A stretch of 64,000 nt of DNA from Felis catus (taxonomy: Eukaryota). The stretch spans positions 205,160,001-205,224,000 of the forward strand of contig NC_058368.1 in NCBI RefSeq assembly GCF_018350175.1, read 5' to 3'. Shown here one piece after another: positions 50,966-63,683 of this stretch (position 1 is its first letter; each line of letters begins with the position of its first letter). The notes beneath the pieces were generated by a model. The model was not told where the DNA came from, made no database searches, and saw only the letters and a program-made list of their open reading frames with translations. The position numbers and the translations under genes are program-made.

Positions 50966-51847
50966 TCCATCTAAATATTTATATCTCTTTTAACTTCTCC
51001 CTTTCAGAACAAGTAAATTTTTAGTACTTTAAAAAGTAACCTGGACTTTTCTTCAAATGGAGGAACTTTGAGACTGTTTCCTGTTTCATTTTAATTATTT
51101 CTAACATCTGAACAATGCTTGACCTTTTCTAGTTATATTAGACACTTATAATGATCATCATGATATAATCATAGAGAATCTTGAGCACTGGGGGGCTTCA
51201 GCTTCTGGGGAGACAGTAATGTTCAAGTGTGAGCTAATGACTTTAGGAGCTCTAGATATCTTAGAGGAAAGTGGAGAATGGGATGGAAAAGATGTTCAGT
51301 CAGGAGAAATTTCATCTTCTAGATTCCGCTATGAAGAGAAACAGTTTCGACTGTTCACAGAATAGAAAACTACTTAGCAATATTTAAATTTTGATGATGT
51401 GCAGATCTTCTCAGGCATTATACACAGGATGGTATAGCTAGCTAGGTAGAACCTAGCTAGGATTCTATTCTCTTCCACACCCACCAGATTTCCTTCTCAA
51501 TTAATTACTGTTTGTGTTTAGAAGAGCTGGTTTAAGAACTGTTTTTTTTTTTTTCAGCACTATCTCCTACTGGCTTTAATAATCACCATATCTCTACCCT
51601 ATAACAGCCAAATCCTATTTCTTTGAGAATGAAAATTCTTTTCATTTCCTTCATTCCATAAAAATGTAACATTTTAAATACATTAAGCATTCTTTCTTTC
51701 CAACTCTGAAAACCAGCAAAGGTTTTGTAGGACTTAAAATTTTAGGATAGATCCCCAAACAACGTCTTTAAAATCTGGAGATGATAACTAACGTATATGG
51801 AGTACCTAACATATGCCAGGTTCTCTACTAGGTAATTTCACACATTG

Positions 51848-53385
51848 CAAAATGTTGTGTATCCACCATCCGTATTAAAGTATCATGCAGAATAGTTTCA
51901 CGGCCCTAAAAATGTCACCTATTCATCCATCTCTCCCTCCCACTGAACCTCTGACACCAATGATCTTCTCACTTTCTCTATAGTTTTACCTGTTCCAAAA
52001 TGTTGTATGGTTGGTATCATGCAGTTTGAATCTTTCTCAGACTAACTTCTCTCACTTAGCAATATGCATTTAGGGCTCCTCCATGTCTTTTCATAATTGG
52101 TAGCTCATTTCTTTTTATCACTTAATAATTCTCCATTGTATGGGTAGCCTACAGTTTATTTATTCATTTACTTATTGAAGGATTTCTTGGTTGCTTCCAA
52201 TTTTTGGCAATTATAAATAAAGCTACTATAAACATTCACGTGCAGGTTTTTGTGTCAGTGTAAGTTTTTAACTCACATGGGTAAATTCCAAGGAACGTGA
52301 TTGATGGATATGATAAGCTTATATTTAGCCTTGTAAAAAACTGATAAACCATTTTCCAAAGTGTACCATTTCTGCATCACCATCAACAATGAATGAGAGT
52401 TACTGTTGCTCCATAGTCTCATCAGCATTTGGTGTTGCCGGTGTTTGAGATTTTTTGCCATTCTAATAGATGTATAGTAGTATCTCACTGTTGTGTTAAT
52501 TTGCAATTCCCTAATGACATATGATTTTGAGCACCTTTTCAAGTTCCTGTTTGCCATCTGTGTAACTTCTTTGATAAGGGATCTCTTCTGATTCTTTCTT
52601 TGCCCATTTTATAATTGGATTTTTTGTTTTCTTCTTGTTGAGTTCTTTGTATATTTTGATTTTTTTTTTAATGTTCGTATACTTTTGAGGGTGAGAGAGA
52701 GAGACAGAGTGTGAGTGTGGGAGGGGAAGAGAGAGAGGGAGACACAGAATCTGAAGCAGGCTCTAGGCTCTGAGCTGTCAGCACAGAGCCTGACATGGGG
52801 CTTGAAGTCATGAACCCTGAGATGATGATATGAGCCAAAGTCAGGCGCTTAACCTAGTGAGCCACCCAGGTGTCCCTAAGGGTTCTTTGTGTAGTTTGGA
52901 TGCCAGTCCTTTTAACAAATGCATGGTTTGCAAATATTATCTCCCAGTCTGTGGCTTGTCTTTATATTCTTTTGAGAGTGTCTTTCACAGAGCACAAGTC
53001 TTTAATTTATTGAAGTCCAACTTGCCAGTCTTCTTTTTCGTGAAACATGCTCTTAGTGTTGTATCTAAAAAGCCATTACCAAAGCCTAGATCACCTAGAT
53101 TTTCCCCAATTTTTCTTCCAAGAGTTTTATTGTTTTGCATTTTAACTTTAGGTCTATGATCCATTCTGAGTTAACTTTTGTGAAAAGTATAAAGTCTATG
53201 TCTAGATTCACTTTTTGCATGTCAGTGACCATTTGTTGAAAAGACTATCTTCACTACATTGTATTGCCTTTGCTCCTTTGTCAAAGAGCAGTTGACTATC
53301 CTTGTATGGGTTTATTTCTGGGTTCTCTATTAGGTTTCTTTAATCCATTTTTCTATTCTTTCATCAATAATACACTTTCTTAACT
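51848..53385 (-). mobile_element. Old L1 (L1MC/L1MD-like) 3' ORF2 and UTR
   Basis: ORF 52273-52557 has ORF2-like IRELQINTTVRYY; similar to the copy at 24690-25590. Confidence 0.9.
52660..52876 (-). mobile_element. Can-SINE in L1
   Basis: Antisense SINE ending gccacccaggtgtccc. Confidence 0.93.
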
Positions 53386-54246
53386 AGAATCTTAGAATAA
53401 TATGAAAAGAATGCTGTTATAATGTCCTATATAGCAGGGCATGGGGATATCTTTGTTATATTGAGCAGATATTTTATTTCTTCGCAAGTTAATTATTCTT
53501 CCCCTACAACATTTGAAGTATGGCACAGGGCAATTGGTTCTGCTTAGTGTTGGTCTCTACTGGGACATCTGGGTATCTCTTCCATCTTTTTCTTTCTATA
53601 TCCTGAAGAAATCCACTGTGATTAGTTTGGATTAAAGACAATTAATTAGTCATTGAGTGGGTAGAGTTACAGATGAAGTTAAAAATAGAGAATTCAAAAG
53701 TGTGAGGTCTCATTTGAACTCCCTTTTCCACTAATACTGATATACTTTCTTATCTCACACTCTTCTAAGGCAGACATTTTGAATGCATATCTCCATATCA
53801 CCCATGCATTTGGATAAATTCTTAGTCTCTTCATCTCCTCTCTACTTCTTTTAAGACCTTCCAAGAGTGGTAACATCAGAGGCTTTGTTTAGAGGTTAAA
53901 TAGGTTAAGCAGGATTCTTTGCTACTTCATTCAAATAAGTTGTGGCTAGCCACAATTAGATAAAGCATTTCTCCACAAAAATTAGTGCAGCTCTCGAGAA
54001 AGTGCATTGGCATTTGGAACCAAGGTCTCTGCTAGCAACAAAATGTAACATTTTTCTTGCTTTGTTTTCTGGGTGATGACTTTGAGGTAAATAAGGCGTT
54101 GGTAGTTTGAAGTATAATTCAGCAATTTCTGGGATTCTCAGACAAATTCCATAGTATCTTCAAAATTGCATACAAACAAGTCTAATTGCTAATGAGAGCA
54201 TAGCTTTCTACTTTCATGCAATTTAAGTATAAAATTAAAACTCTGT

Positions 54247-54460
54247 GGAGTACCTGGGTGGCTCAGTCCGTTGAAAGCCTCAGGTCATAATCTCATGGTT
54301 CATGAGTTCGAGCCCCATGTCAGGCTTTGTGCTGACAGCTCAGAGCCTGGAGCCTGCTTCAGATTCTGTGTTTCCATCTCTGTCGGTCCCTCCCCTGCTC
54401 ACGCTCTTTCTCTCTCTCAAAAATAAATTTAAAAACATTTAAAAACATTTTTTTAAATAA
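54247..54460 (+). mobile_element. Can-SINE
   Basis: TSD ataaaattaaaact(c/t)tgt at 54229-54246 and 54461-54478. Confidence 0.94.
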
Positions 54461-54652
54461 ATAAAATTAAAACTTTGTCGGTTTGGTCCATCTTAGATTC
54501 TCTATAAACTAAAATGAAGTCCAGATTACTTGTGCTGGTTTAGATAAGTAGCCAAATTGATAGATTATATTTATGGTGGCTTTTCACCATTTAAAAGGAT
54601 AAGGTAAAAAAATAAAATAAAATAAAAGAATAAGGTATAATTTTGACTTTTA

Positions 54653-54869
54653 TTTTTTTTTAATTTTTTTAACGTTTATTTATTTTTGAGACACAGACAG
54701 AATATGAACAGGGGAGGGGCAGAGAGAGAGGGAGACACAGAATCTGAAACAGGCTCCAGGCACTGAGCTGTCAGCACAGAGCCCGACGCGGGGCTCGAAC
54801 TCACAGACTGTGAGATCATGACCTGAGCCGAAGTCAGACACTTAACCAACCAAGCCACCCAGGCGCCCC
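54653..54869 (-). mobile_element. Felid Can-SINE
   Basis: TSD taattttgactttta at 54638-54652 and 54870-54884. Confidence 0.96.
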
Positions 54870-55064
54870 TAATTTTGACTTTTAAAACACATAGCAGTTA
54901 AGGTTCTTCCTTGTGGGTCCCCTATATATCAGCTGCTATGCAGACAATTTCTCTGACTTTAAAGGGCCACCTAATAAGTGTTTGGCTTCCTTATCTTTTG
55001 TTTTTAAAAAAGGGAACATTTCAGGTTACACATTGATTCTCTTTTGCTTAACTCATCAAACACT

Positions 55065-55180
55065 TAACTCATCAAACACTTCCTGAATATTTGTTATATA
55101 CCAGGAAATACACCAAGTGATGGGAGAACACAGATGAGTGAGAGGCAGTCCCTTTCCCAAAAGAATTTACAGCCTATAGA
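55065..55180 (-). mobile_element. L2 3' fragment
   Basis: catcaaacacttcctgaatatttgttatataccagg...ggcagtccctttcccaaaagaatttacagccta. Confidence 0.6.
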
Positions 55181-56719
55181 AAAAAATTACCTTGTAATAT
55201 GATGTCAAGGAAGGTCTCTTTCTGTGTCTTCAATACATTAAACAAGTAGATCTTAATTACCAAGCATAATCCATTTTATCTCCAACTGAGAAGTTTAATC
55301 AAACATATTTAATATGGCTTGTAGTCTCCCCTTGTTTTAAAAAATAAACCTTCAAAATAAATCTTTCAAAAACAGAGACTATTTTTCTATTCACACATCT
55401 ATTTACACGGCCAGCTATGTAGTCTCAGGGTTTTTCTTGAGGTTGGTGCTGTTATTAAAGGGCCATGGCTCATAGGTCAACTGGATTTGGGGTTTGGTAG
55501 AATGGTTTGGTGAAAGTTATAACTTCCCTGGGTAGAGAGTCTTAGGTTATGATGAGAGCAGGAAGAAATCATGAATGTGGATGGGATTAAGAAGGTTAAT
55601 AAGTGCATTCCTCACTTGATTAGTTTCTAAACCTTGCAAGCTTGAAACCAATGAAAAGGAAGTATTCCCTGCAGACATAAATTATTCCAATGAAAGAAGT
55701 TGGAGGGAAAAAATGAAAACAAATCCCCTCAAGAGCACTGTGTTGGTGTTATAAGAAGAACACAATCTAAAAAGAATATTTGGCGTATAACACCCAAGAG
55801 GTTAATATATCACATATTCTACATTGGTTGAAACCATAAGAGTAATAAAATTAGGATCTATATCTGCTGAATGCTTTAAAGAACTCTTTATTCACCTTTG
55901 ACCAAAAACGTGCAAATGAGTTCAACTAATGAAAATCCAAGAGAAAAAGGACATGAAACCATTTGTGTAGGAGAGCCAGAAAAGTGGAGACAGTGAGAAG
56001 AGCCAAGGAAAAAGTACTGACAATGATTTAAAAATAGGAACAAACAGCGATAAGTGAAAGAAACATCACTCAAGGCATGAACTATGAGGACACCCAACAC
56101 TCCTGTGCAGCTGCTCTGGTCTCTTTTCGAAACGTGAGCCAAAATAACTCAGGGAGCTATTCTTGACTTTAAATGGGGAACACAACCCTGGCAAATTATG
56201 AGGATGCTCAGTGTTAACACTGCTGGGGAATTTCAAATAGGCTAGAGCCTGCCTGAAAATTCCAGATGCTAACATTTGCACATATGTTTTCAGGTCAGAA
56301 GTATGTAATGCAAGCGTTCATGATTTGTTTTTATGTTCATCTTTGTATAGTTCATAATTTAAAATTTTAAGTCCCTTGCACAGCTACTGAATTATTTTGT
56401 CTCGAAAGGCACATGGGCTATTTATCATTCCCCATTTATCATGTTCATTTTTTGTTTCAAATATGAATCTCGTTTATAAGTAGAAAGAGACTCCATTTAC
56501 TGAGCACTTACTGTTGGCAGACCCTGTAATACATGTAGAAGACTGAGCAGAATGTAGGATTTCTGGGCCCTTAATGTGTTTTGGAAAGAGATAAGATTAT
56601 AATGTAATGGGTTCAGAACTGAAGCTTTGGTCTTGCTCCTTTGCCTCATTAGGAATAATTTTCACCCTTCTCCCTAAAGTATAAAGATTATCTAACCTTT
56701 AATGGTTTTATATTCTTCA

Positions 56720-56830
56720 GTGGTCTAAGTATAGGTAAGGAAACAGGTCCAGAGGAATGAAGTGACCTGTTCAAGGTCACAGAGGTAGTGAGGGGTAGAA
56801 TTTTAGGGCCAGATCACAATTCTCAAGACA
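56720..56830 (-). mobile_element. MIR fragment
   Basis: ggtaaggaaacaggtccagaggaatgaagtgacctgttcaaggtcacag. Confidence 0.7.
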
Positions 56831-58462
56831 ATGTTTATTCCCATATTTCCCAGGGCATCTCCAGAGATGGTTTTCTAATTCAGAAAAGATTAAAAAGCAA
56901 TTGAGTCTTTTACAAAGCTCTTTCTCATTGAAATCTTTCTCTTTGCCTTAAAGAAATGGCAAATTGGACCTGGAGAATTTGGGCTTGAGATTTTTTCATG
57001 GTATTTTTTGTTCATTTGTTTTATTTGTGTTGGAGAATATATGATGCTGGTTCAGGAACCATTTTCAGACTCCAGAGGTAGCATTGCTGACTTGGAATTA
57101 TGATATTCATTTCTCACAGCAAAATTCTGGTATGCCAAATATTTCTTCTTCCCTTTGATTCCTGCTTGTTTGGTTTGGTTTTTATCTCAAAGTAGTCATT
57201 TCATGAGGAGAATTCTGCCTCAAAAGCTAACAAAGAAGTCAAACTTCCTAAATTGTAAGAGGGTGGAAGACACCCCAGAATCAACTGCTTATCTAAATCC
57301 ATTAAACTGCCAATTCTTTTAACAAATGTAGGTGGGTAAAACAGCTCCTTAGTAACCAGGAATTGTATTTTCAGACAGCCACTGCATTCACATCACAGAA
57401 ATAAAGGAACATCTTCTCAAACGGTGTTCTAATGTTGTGAACAACAGCAGAAGATTCCATTTTGGCTCAAGAGAGGTTATTTGTTGACATGCCAGAAGTA
57501 TCTTATCAGTAGCTAGTTTTAGCTAGTAAGCTTTCTCATAGTGTGAATCCCCTCAGGAGAAAAAAAGCAACAACAACAACAACAATAACAAAACTATGAT
57601 GACGTTCCAGAGTAAAACCTTAAGTGAAAATAAGAAAATGAAACCTTTTAGGATTTCTCTGCCTCTAAAACTTAGCTGTGTTTACGACCATTCTGGGTAT
57701 TCTGTCTAGACCTATGAGCAGTAAAAGATAACATGGGTTTCAGGACATCCCAGACTTCCTTATCAGTCATACACTAGGTCAAACTTTATTGAAGATCTAC
57801 TGTTTTCCAAAAGCTAATCAAAAAGTCTGGGGATAAAACTCTCAGACTTAATCTTACACATAGCCCTCTCTTCCCACTGCATAAACACACCCACATGCTC
57901 TTTCTTTCATCATCTTCACATTCAACAAATACACTTGTTACCCAGGTGAAACAATCTTCCCCTCCTGGTCTGGAATCAAGGCTGCAAGCTGTCCTCTCTG
58001 GAGTGGTGGCACCCAATACTGGCCTAAATGTGCTTCTGACCAAATTGGTTCTGTTATCACAGTAATATTTGCACATAGTGTCCTTTCTTTTTTGGGAAGT
58101 GTCCTTCCCAAATCTGGCTTTTAAAATCTCAGACAGTGCCACTTAGTTATAATGAAACTACTATGATGCTATCATAAAGCCAACCAGCTTATGGTATTGG
58201 CTGTTTCAAAGCATTATTGGCTACAGAGGTAAATTGATAGGAAAACTCTAAGGGAAAAGGGGGATACTTCTACCAAATGAAGACAGGCTGAAATGTTAAG
58301 GGCAGATAATCCTAATGTTTATCATATGAAATAGTGCTGTTACCATTGCTAATTTGGTACCCCAGCCAATAAACACTCAGTGACTCCTGCCAGGCAGTGT
58401 TAAATTTAATTGAAGTTGAAGTGACCTTTTTTGAGAACCGAGACTATGAAGTACATCTTTGT

Positions 58463-58497
58463 GGGTTTTTAAAAATATTTTTAAATGTTTATTTATT

Positions 58498-58539
<42 letters not shown>

Positions 58540-58700
58540 TGGGGGAGGGGCAGAGAGAGAGGGTGACACAGAATCCAAAGGAGGCTCCAGGCCCTGAGCT
58601 GTCAGCACAAAGCCCAACATGGGGCTTGAAGTCATGAACTGCGAGATCATGACCTGAGCCAAAGTCGCATGCTTAACTGACTGAGCCACCCAGGCATCCC
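58463..58700 (-). mobile_element. Can-SINE
   Basis: Perfect 16-bp TSD tgaagtacatctttgt at 58447-58462 and 58701-58716. Confidence 0.95.
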
Positions 58701-58749
58701 TGAAGTACATCTTTGTATTTCCAGGACATAGTAGGTGGAAGGCATAGCT

Positions 58750-59012
58750 ATATATATTCTAAGATGCCATTGATTTCAAATGCACCATTATTTTATATAT
58801 CATTAAGGAATAAAAAATGCTGCCAATTAAATCAATGGTTTTATTCTTAGTGAAAGAGCTGTCTGAGGTTTAGATTTTCAACTCATTGCTCATATCAAAA
58901 AAAAAGTCAGTTGGCTAAGATATTGCTAAAACTTCATAAACTAGAAGGTGCACACTTATTTCAGAAATGTTAAAATATGGAAAAGATGTGCACTTTAGAA
59001 TGTACAGAAAAT
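58750..59012. mobile_element. Tc2-type DNA transposon remnant (MER104/Kanga-like)
   Basis: ttctaagatgccattgat...gcaccattattttat...aaaaatgctgccaattaaa and tttcagaaatgttaaaat...gtgcactttagaat match the recalled MER104 ends. Confidence 0.7.
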
Positions 59013-59331
59013 GACAGATGGTGCTCAGTATCCCATATTTGTTGTTGCTGCTGACAATGGTAATCATCATATACACGATTGTGATCAGTACACACTCAGC
59101 CCCAACTGGCATTTTCCATTAGGTTGTGTAACTATTCTACTACTGTCCATCTATGACAACTGACTAGAATCTATATGAGGACCGTGATTGTGTCTGGTTT
59201 TCACATCATTGTCTCTGGTCTGTAGCTGAGAGTTCTGTAAATATTAGTTGCATGTTAATAGGATGAGTAAGCGAAGGATGATGATGATGGAGTGCCAGTC
59301 ATATACAGAAGAGGAGCCTGAGGAATTTTTA

Positions 59332-59565
59332 TTTTTTTTATTTATTTATTTATTTATTTTTTTTAACGTTTATTTATTTTTGAGACAGAGAGAGACAGAG
59401 CATGAACGGGGGAGGGTCAGAGAGAGGGAGACACAGAATCTGAAACAGGCTCCAGGCTCTGAGCTGTCAGCACAGAGCCCGATGCGGGGCTTGAACTCAC
59501 GGACTGTGAGATCATGACCTGAGCCGAAGTCGGCCGCCCAACCGACTGAGCCACCCAGGCGCCCC
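59332..59565 (-). mobile_element. Felid Can-SINE
   Basis: Antisense SINE; approximate TSD tgagg(g)aattttta. Confidence 0.95.
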
Positions 59566-59917
59566 AAACAACTTGTGAGGGAATTTTTAAATGAGATTTA
59601 AAACTCATTAAAACTTGAGACATATATTCTCTGGAAGGTCAGGAAGTTAGCTCCAATAAAGCCACTTCTAAATTGCAATAGTAAAAAACTTTTTTGAAGT
59701 GCAGATATTTAATTGAGATGGAAGGACTCATGACCCAGCTTAATGTATTAAATAATGTACAAAGCTGCAGGCTGAAGTCATGACCATGACCTACCAAGAC
59801 AAAGTTTATTTATGCACCCTCATTGGTGAAAAGCATAGCTGAAAGTAAATAAGAAACCTGATTTTCACATGTGATAGCATCAAAAAAAGACTTGAGTCCT
59901 ATGTGTGAATGTTTATA

Positions 59918-60170
59918 TGGTAAAACCTTAGATTGCGAGTAACTTGTCCTGCAAGTGTTCCATGAGATGATCAAATGTTTCTAATAAATTTTAACTTGAT
60001 AAATGGGCAATGTCTTGCAATATGAGTAGTACGTGATGCCACATGTCACATGATCACAACTGAGCCAATTTCTTGAAATTTGGTTCTTGAAATTGACTTT
60101 GATATACGAGTGCTTTGGATTACAAGCATGTTTCTGGAACCAATTAAGTTTGAAAACCAAGGTTTTACTG
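59918..60170. mobile_element. Tigger-type MITE, 253 bp
   Basis: TIRs tggtaaaacctta / ccaaggttttactg with TA flanks; both arms align with the ends of 17256-18046. Confidence 0.9.
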
Positions 60171-60319
60171 TATATATATATTAGTGTATCAGATTTTTGC
60201 TTAAAAACACAACTGTAAACTATTTTATATGGAAAATGTTTTTACACAATATTAAAATTAAAGTTCATAACTCATCTTGGAAAAGCCCAATCAGTGGGAT
60301 CCATGCTTCAGCATTTATT

Positions 60320-60430
60320 AAAATTTCTGTGAGAGCAGAGACTTTGTCTTTCTTGGCCATATCCCCAGCACCTACAACGCTTCACAAATAGTAAGTGCTC
60401 AATATACATCTATTGAATACATGAACTAAT
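60320..60430 (+). mobile_element. L2 3' end
   Basis: tgagagcagagactttgtc...atccccagcaccta...tagtaagtgctcaata...ttgaatacatgaa. Confidence 0.75.
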
Positions 60431-60519
60431 AAGTTTTGACTATGTGGAAACCCTTTCTGCCATTCATTTAGTGGTAAAATGACATTAATGAAGGATTCCT
60501 GGTGCTTAATGCCTGATAT

Positions 60520-60630
60520 AAAGATGACTTAGGAAGCCCGAGTTTGAATCCCGTTTTTGCTTCTGGTTCATACTCACACAAATCACACAATGTCTCTGGG
60601 CTTCTGTTTCTTCACCTGGAAGGCAGAATT
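60520..60630 (+). mobile_element. MIR fragment
   Basis: gagtttgaatccc...tctctgggcttctgtttcttcacctg. Confidence 0.55.
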
Positions 60631-60674
60631 GGTTACAGAGTAGTCTTTCTAAAATTTAAGTAATAGATAGACCC

Positions 60675-60960
60675 TGTGTTAGACATGATAGGCTAAGTTA
60701 TGCAGCAATAGTAAATTGATCTCCAAATCCCACAATGAGATTTTGTTTCACATTCATATTCCATGACCCTTAGGGATTTCCAGGGGTCTCTGTTCCATCT
60801 AGTCACTTAAAGATGTAAGATGATAAAGGCTCCATCATCTCATAGACTCACCAACTGGAACATGTAGCATTCCAAATGACCGCAGCAGGAAAAAGGATTA
60901 GAAATTGTGCACTTCATTGGCTAGAAATAGTCATACAGACCAGCTTAACTGAGAGAAGAA
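60675..60960 (-). mobile_element. Ancient MaLR LTR (MLT1J/K-like)
   Basis: tgtgttagacatgataggctaagttatgcagcaata...ttcattggctagaaatagtcat. Confidence 0.65.
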
Positions 60961-60964
60961 ATAA

Positions 60965-61398
60965 TGTGAAAGTTTTTGGTGTCTTGGACCCATTATTGGG
61001 CTGGTGAACTCATCTGCAAGCTACTGTAAGTGTTGGTTGCTAAACGTTCAGAGTTGCACCCTTTCTCTTTAGAATTATCCCCAGCTAAGTGGAACCATCT
61101 TGCCTGGGAAGCTTTCCCCGTTTCCCAGGGATAGCACACAAAGACTGGCTGACATACTGGTATACTGCCAGGCCCTTTGCCTCAAAGTAACCACCTCTGT
61201 GGTGAACATCAGGCTTCAGAGCTTACTGAGATGAGGCTGAAGATAGACTCCTTCTGAGCCCTATACCTTGGTTAGTTTGTTTTCCTCCAATCCTTTCTAG
61301 TTTCCCTCATTCCAACTTCTCAGAGTACTCTCTCAGTAATTCACTTGCATACAAATATTTACCTCAGACTCTGCTTCTAGAGAACCCAACCTAACAGA
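60965..61398 (+). mobile_element. 5' LTR of ERVL provirus (LTR16-like)
   Basis: gtgttggttgctaa...ggccctttgcctcaa...tcacttgcatacaaat...cctcagactctgcttctagagaacccaacctaa. Confidence 0.8.
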
Positions 61399-63683
61399 GT
61401 TTGTACCACTATTGGTTCTAGGAAGCTTGCTCAACAATGGGATTCTGAGGTAAGATCATTCAAGCTGTATAGCAATTAATACACAGCATTAGTGGCAAGT
61501 AGAGTATTACTAGGTCCCGGCATGCTGTAGCAGCCCAGTCACTAAGTGTGTCACCTGTAGCTAACTGAAGTGGAATACAGGTAGAATGGGATACACTGAC
61601 AGATGCAGTGCCTTTGGCTTTTGAGAGTTACAGAGGAAAGAGTAGCTATAAGGACTTTGAAATTGTTTGAATGATGCTAAGTGCCATTAATACATTGAAG
61701 AGAGAAAATGGAAGGCTCAGATCTATTAATTATCGATATAAAGCAAAATGTGACAATTAGAGGCCTCTTTGGCAGTATTTAAAGGTACTTTCATCTTTTT
61801 CAGCTAAGAGTAGACAGAGCTAAATAGTAGACACAATAATTAATGTAAGAGTGGCAGGGCATTAAAAAAAAAATCTGAATTCTCTGCCTGGGCAGGTCTA
61901 TTTATCTGCCAAAGCATTATTTTCCATGCCCACCAGAAAGGGAGGGATCCAAAAGAGATTCTATTTATTGCTGGTGGTGGAGGAAAAAGCCTGAGCTTGG
62001 TTCACAGGTAGATTGGCTTGGTATGTGGGTTCCAGTTGAAAATGTACTGCTATTGTCCCACACTCCACTTAGGGATGGCCCTGAAAGACTGATGAGTGTC
62101 TTCCACTGGGAGGAAATCCTCCATCGGGAGGAAGTGCAAGCAGTGCATCTGATCATGTACTTTAAGAGTCACAAAGAAGCAGCCTATGATAAGGGTAAGA
62201 ATTGACTGCATGATAAATGGTTTCTCTGGTGAGTTCAAAGCCTGGAAGGAGTAAGATTAGATTAGGGACACGGAAGAAGCATTTGGATGGAGCTGGAGAG
62301 TGAGTACAGCATACCAACAATATTTGCAACATAAATCAGTGCTTGCAAGACAGTGTCCACCATGGAAGAAGAACTAAGTAACAAAGTCAACAGGGTGATT
62401 TGGCCAATAGACAGCAACCAGCATCTATTGTTGGCTGACTCAACACTTATGCAACGCGCTCTAGAACAGAGAAGAAATGGTGGAGGAGATGAAGGCCACG
62501 TGAGGGCCTGATCCGCACACATTCCCTTTCATGAAAGCTGATCAACTGCTGCCACCGCTGAGTGTCCAATATGCCAGCAACAGATAACACTAATACAGTA
62601 TCATCCTTCAAAGAGACCAGTCAGTTATTTGGTGGCAAAATGATTACATCAAGCCCCTTCCACATTACAGGGGCTACATTTCATCTGGACTGTCAATCAA
62701 CTCTAGTCTCTGCCTATGGCACCCAGCTAGCACCACTCCAGAGTGTCTGATCTAAGCCTCCAAATCCACTTAGCATTGCTAGGGACCAGGAGACAAACTT
62801 TATGGCAAAAGATGTGTAGTGGTGGAACATAGCCATCATATCTATTTATTGATATCACCATATACTGGATCATCTAGAAGCTGCTGACTTAATAGAGTAG
62901 TAGAAAGTCCTCTTGAGGGCTGTTGAAGTTCCACCTTGATGAAGACACTTTACAAGGATGGAGAGCTCTTCCTCAGGATACAGTGTATACCCTAAAACAA
63001 TGGACAATGGTAGTGCTATGTCACCAGTAAGTAGAATGCAAAGTCTGGAAATGAATGAATAAAAATACAGGGAGGGGCCCATTCATCATCATTCCCAGAC
63101 ACCTATTCAGGGAATTTGTGTTTCCCTATTCCTGTAATTTTAGGCTATGTGGGTCCTGGTCCCTAGAGCGGGTGGGGAGGCCTCCACCAGGAAATCAGGG
63201 AGAATCCCAATAAACTTAAAGCTATGACTAACTCCTAGCTACTTTTAGCTCCTTAAGCCAGTAGCAGACCATCAAACATGATGACCCTATTCATCATGAG
63301 GAAATAAAGTACTACTAGCCAATGCAAGCAGGGTGATTTGCTGGGTTGTCTCTTTGTATTTCCATGACCAATTTTACTGTAACAAGCAAGTCTAACAACC
63401 ACAGGCTGATAAAAGCATGGTAACTGAGGTATAAGATGTCACAAGGCAAGTCCAGCAGAGGTGCTAGCCAAGGAAGAGGCATTCTAGATAGCACAGTGGT
63501 AGAGGAGAAAGGATAAAAAGTATCTTGGGATCAATTGCACCAGGAGGAGCTGTAGTTTATCTAAATAAACTTCTTGTAAGTTTTCCCAAAACACCAACCA
63601 TTTAGGAGCCTGGAAAAGCTGTACCCAGATGAAGCCAGCTTAACTTGAGAAGCAAGTGTATCTGAGAATTACAAGGCAGGTAC
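61399..63683 (+). mobile_element. Deleted ERVL internal region (ERV3-16A3_I-like) with decayed RNase H and integrase
   Basis: EVQAVHLIMYF (ORF 62023-62205) resembles ERVL RNase H; gccaccgctgagtgtccaatatgccagcaacag = ATAECPICQQQ; tggcaaaatgattacatc = WQNDYI; agcattgctagggaccag = SIARDQ; catctagaagctgctgacttaatagag = HLEAADLIE. Confidence 0.85.

Noticed and set aside
57786..58142. 118-aa minus-strand ORF in unique sequence
   Set aside because: Non-ATG start, no recognisable family and no convincing splice boundaries.
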